Assembly: GCF_009914755.1 (NCBI RefSeq)
Contig: NC_060925.1
Reading direction: 5' to 3' (one strand)
Source of the DNA: the human T2T-CHM13v2.0 reference genome, Homo sapiens
Length of the DNA: 64,000 nt
Shown here: piece after piece, positions 60,501 through 64,000 of the stretch
Layout: every line of letters begins with the position of its first letter
How positions within the stretch are numbered: position 1 is the first letter of the stretch
The notes under the pieces: model-generated
Databases searched by the model: none
Told to the model about the DNA's origin: nothing
Seen by the model: the letters and a program-made list of their open reading frames with translations, nothing else
Program-made: the position numbers and the translations under genes

Positions 60501-63500
60501 TATGATCAAATGGAATAGAATGTAATCATCATCAAATGGAATCAAAAATAACCATCATCAATTGGTATTGAATGGAATTCTCATCAAATGGAATTCAAAG
60601 GAATCATCATCAAATGGAACCGAATGGAATCCTCATTGAATGGAAATGAAAGGGGTCATCATCTAATGGAATCGCATGGAATCATCATCAAATGGAATCG
60701 AATGGAATCAACATCAAATGGAATCTAATGGAATCATTGAACGGAATTGAATGGAATCGTCATCGAATGAATTGAATGCAATCATCGAATGGTCTCGAAT
60801 GGAATCATCTTCAAATGGAATGGAATGGAATCATCGCATAGAATCGAATGGAATTATCATCGAATGGAATCGAATGGAATCAACATCAAACGGAAAAAAA
60901 CGGAATTATCGAATGGAATCGAAGAGAATCTTCGAACGGACCCGAATGGAATCATCTAATGGAATGGAATGGAATAATCCATGGACTCGAATGCAATCAT
61001 CATCGAATGGAATCGAATGGAATCATCGAATGGACTCGAATGGAATAATCATTGAACGGAATCGAATGGAATCATCATCGGATGGAAACGAATGGAATCA
61101 TCATCGAATGGAAATGAAAGGAGTCATCATCTAATGGAATTGCATGGAATCATCATAAAATGGAATCGAATGGAATCAACATCAAATGGAATCAAATGGA
61201 ATCATTGAACGGAATTGAATGGAATCGTCATCGAATGAATTGAATGCAATCATCGAATGGTCTCGAATGGAATCATCTTCAAATGGAATGGAATGGAATC
61301 ATCGCATAGAATCGAATGGAATTATCATCGAATGGAATCGAATGGAATCAACATCAAACGGAAAAAAACGGAATTATCGAATGGAATCGAAGAGAATCAT
61401 CGAATGGACCCGAATGGAATCATCTAATGGAATGGAATGGAATAATCCATGGACTCGAATGCAATCATCATCGAATGGAATCGAATGGAATCATCGAATG
61501 GACTCGAATGGAATAATCATTGAACGGAATCGAATGGAATCATCATCGGATGGAAATGAAAGGAGTCATCATCTAATGGAATTGAATGGAATCATCATAA
61601 AATGGAATCGAATGGAATCAACATCAAATGGAATCAAATGGAATCATTGAACGGAATTGAATGGAATCGTCATCGAATGAATTGAAAGCAATCATCGAAT
61701 GGTCTCGAATGGAATCATCTTCAAATGGAATGGAATGGAATCATCGCATAGAATCGAATGGAATTATCATCGAATGGAATCGAATGGAATCAACATCAAA
61801 CGGAAAAAAACGGAATTATCGAATGGAATCGAAGAGAATCATTGAATGGACCCGAATGGAATCATCTAATGGAATGGAATGGAATAATCCATGGACTCGA
61901 ATGCAATCATCATCGAATGGAATCGAATGGAATCATCGAATGGACACGAATGGAATAATCATTGAACGGAATCGAATGGAATCATCATCGGATGGAAATG
62001 AATGGAATCATCATCGAATGGAATCGAATAGAATTATGGAATGAAATCCAGTGTGATCATCATCGAATGGACCCGAATGGAATCATCATCCAACGGAAAC
62101 TAATGGAATCAACATCGAATGAATCAAATGGAAACACCATCGAATTGAAACGAATGGAATTACCATGAAATTGAAATGGATGGACTCATCATCGAATGGA
62201 TTCGAATGGAATCATCGAATAAAATTGATTGAAATCATCATCGAATGGAATCTAATGGTATCATTGAATGGAATCGAATGGAATCATCATCAGATGGAAA
62301 TGAATGGAATCGTCATAGAATGGAATCGAATGGATTAATTGAATGGAATCAGATGGAATCATCGAATGGACTGGAATGGAATCATTGAATGGACTCGAAA
62401 GGGATCATTATTGAATGGAATTGAATGGAATCATCGAATGGTCTCGATTGGAATCATTATCAAATGGAATCGAATGGAATCACCGAATAGAATCGAATGG
62501 AACAATCATCGAATGGACACAAATAGAATTATCCTCAAATGGAATCGAATGGAATTATCGAATGCAATCGAATGGAATTATCGAATGCAATCGAATAGAA
62601 TCATCGAATGGACTCGAATGGAATCATCGAATGGAATGGAATGGAACAGTCAATGAACTCGAATGGAATCATCATTGAATGGAATCGAATGGAATCATCG
62701 AGTGGAATCGAATGTAATCATCATCAAATGGAATCAAAAATAACCATCATCAAATGGAATCAAAAATAACCATCATCAATTGGTAGTGAATGGAATTCTC
62801 ATCAAATGGAATTCAAAGGAATCATCATCAAATGGAACCGAATGGAATCCTCATTGAATGGAAATGAAAGGGGTTATCATCTAATGGAATCGCATGGAAT
62901 CATCATAAAATGGAATCGAATGGAATCAACATCAAATGGAATCAAATGGAATCATTGAACGGAATTGAATGGAATCGTCATCGAATGAATTGAATGCAAT
63001 CATCGAATGGTCTCGAATGGAATCATCTTCAAATGGAATGGAATGGAATCAGCACATAGAATCGAATGGAATTATCATCGAATGGAATCGAATGGAATCA
63101 ACATCAAACGGAAAAAAACGGAATTATCAAATGCAATCGAAAAGAATCATCGAATGGACCCGAATGGAATCATCTAATGGAATGGAATGGAATAATCCAT
63201 GGACTCGAATGCAATCATCATCGAATGGAATCGAATGGAATCATCGAATGGACTCGAATGGAATAATCATTGAACGGAATCGAATGGAATCATCATCGGA
63301 TGGAAACGAATGGAATCATCATCGAATGGAATCAAATAGAATTATGGAATGAAATCCAGTGTGATCATCATCGAATGGACCCGAATGGAATCATCATCCA
63401 ACGGAAGCTAATGGAATCAACATCGAATGAATCAAATGGAAACACCATCGAATTGAAACGAATGGAATTACCATGAAATTGAAATGGATGGACTCATCAT

Positions 63501-64000
63501 CAAATGGATTCGAATGGATTCATCAAATAAAATTGATTGAAATCATCATCGAATGGAATCGAATGGTATCATTGAATGGAATCGAATGGAATCATCATCA
63601 GATGGAAATGAATGGAATCGTCATAGAATGGAATCGAATGGATTCATTGAATGGAATCAGATGGAATCATTGAATGGACTGGAATGGAATCATTGAATGG
63701 ACTCGAAAGGGATCATTATTGAATGGAATTGAATGGAATCATCGAATGGTCTCGATTGGAATCATTATCAAATGGAATCGAATGGAATCACCGAATAGAA
63801 TCGAATGGAACAATCATCGAATGGACTCAAATGGAATTATCCTCCAATGGAATCGAATGGAATTATCGAATGCAATCGAATGGAATTATCGAATGCAATC
63901 GAATAGAATCATCGAATGGACTCGAATGGAATCATCGAATGGAATGGAATGGAACAGTCAATGAACTCGAATGGAATCATCATTGAATGGAATCGAATGG
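51591..64000 (+). repeat. Second copy of the macro-duplication, lacking one 2244-bp unit and truncated by the window end
   Basis: The offset is 17291 up to ~60400, then 15047 (45704/60751, 46172/61219, 46614/61661, 47922/62969). The difference is 2244. Confidence 0.92.

Larger units (their letters stand above)
1..64000 (+). repeat. Human satellite 2 (HSat2/HSATII) array, 1.77-kb unit type, most likely chr1q12 pericentromeric heterochromatin (D1Z1)
   Basis: The entire window is diverged GGAAT pentamers in 23/26-bp motifs (GAATGGAATCATCGAATGGAATC, GAATGGAATCATCATCGAATGGAATC) with dense TCGA. The period is 1776 bp with one GAATTC per unit (278, 2054...). The HSat2 call is near certain. The chr1 assignment comes from established knowledge of the 1.77-kb EcoRI unit, not from a search. 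Confidence 0.97.

Noticed and set aside
438-63986. Hundreds of 60-163 aa ORFs (MESSSNE..., MELSSNGIEW..., MKLKWMD...)
   Set aside because: They are translations of GAATGGAATC repeats (MEWNGIIES-type low complexity). They overlap in several frames and are freely broken or fused by point variants. They show no domain, splice or promoter context.
1-64000. All ORFs on the + strand
   Set aside because: Explained by composition: + is rich in ATG within GAATGG, while - carries GATGATGA/TTGA with frequent TGA stops. It indicates only that there is no inversion.
1-64000. CRISPR-like array or other repeat-spacer system
   Set aside because: There are no unique spacers and no cas or other genes; the intervening sequence is itself tandemly repeated satellite.
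1-64000. Embedded Alu, L1, viral or other unique insertion, or an inversion
   Set aside because: Unit spacings are fully accounted for by 840 + n x 468 (+/-26 or -1), leaving no room for inserted DNA. No CATTCC-strand segment was seen.
1-64000. HSat3 or alpha-satellite identity; HSF1/TEAD binding platform
   Set aside because: Pure (GGAAT)n runs are only about 3 copies long, and GGAATC/ATCATC motifs dominate. There is no 171-bp period or CENP-B box. Inverted nGAAn arrays are lacking and GGAATG is limited to a few patches per unit.

Overview
The whole 64 kb is one uninterrupted, single-orientation array of human satellite 2 (HSat2/HSATII). The + strand reads GAATGGAATC(ATC)nGAATGG and the - strand CATTCGATTC. 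The dominant period is 1776 bp with one EcoRI site per unit, which matches the 1.77-kb chromosome 1q12 unit (D1Z1/pUC1.77, HSat2A type). I see no credible gene, RNA gene, transposon or CRISPR array, and every listed ORF is a translation of the satellite. The information is in the nested repeat architecture. Motifs of 23/26 bp build a 468-bp sub-unit present 1, 2 or 3 times per unit plus an 840-bp remainder. The 36 complete units are 21x1776, 8x1308, 2x2244, 1x2243, 2x2218 and 2x1802 bp. Diagnostic variants reveal a 5328-bp three-unit higher-order repeat (~5-20 kb), a 3552-bp duplication, older 6636/7944- and 5770-bp duplications, and a near-identical 17,291-bp tandem duplication whose second copy lacks one 2244-bp unit. 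A length-neutral 26-bp out-of-register conversion footprint recurs five times. I found no evidence for a new protein-coding system. All comparisons were by eye from the sequence and ORF-track spacings, not by alignment.
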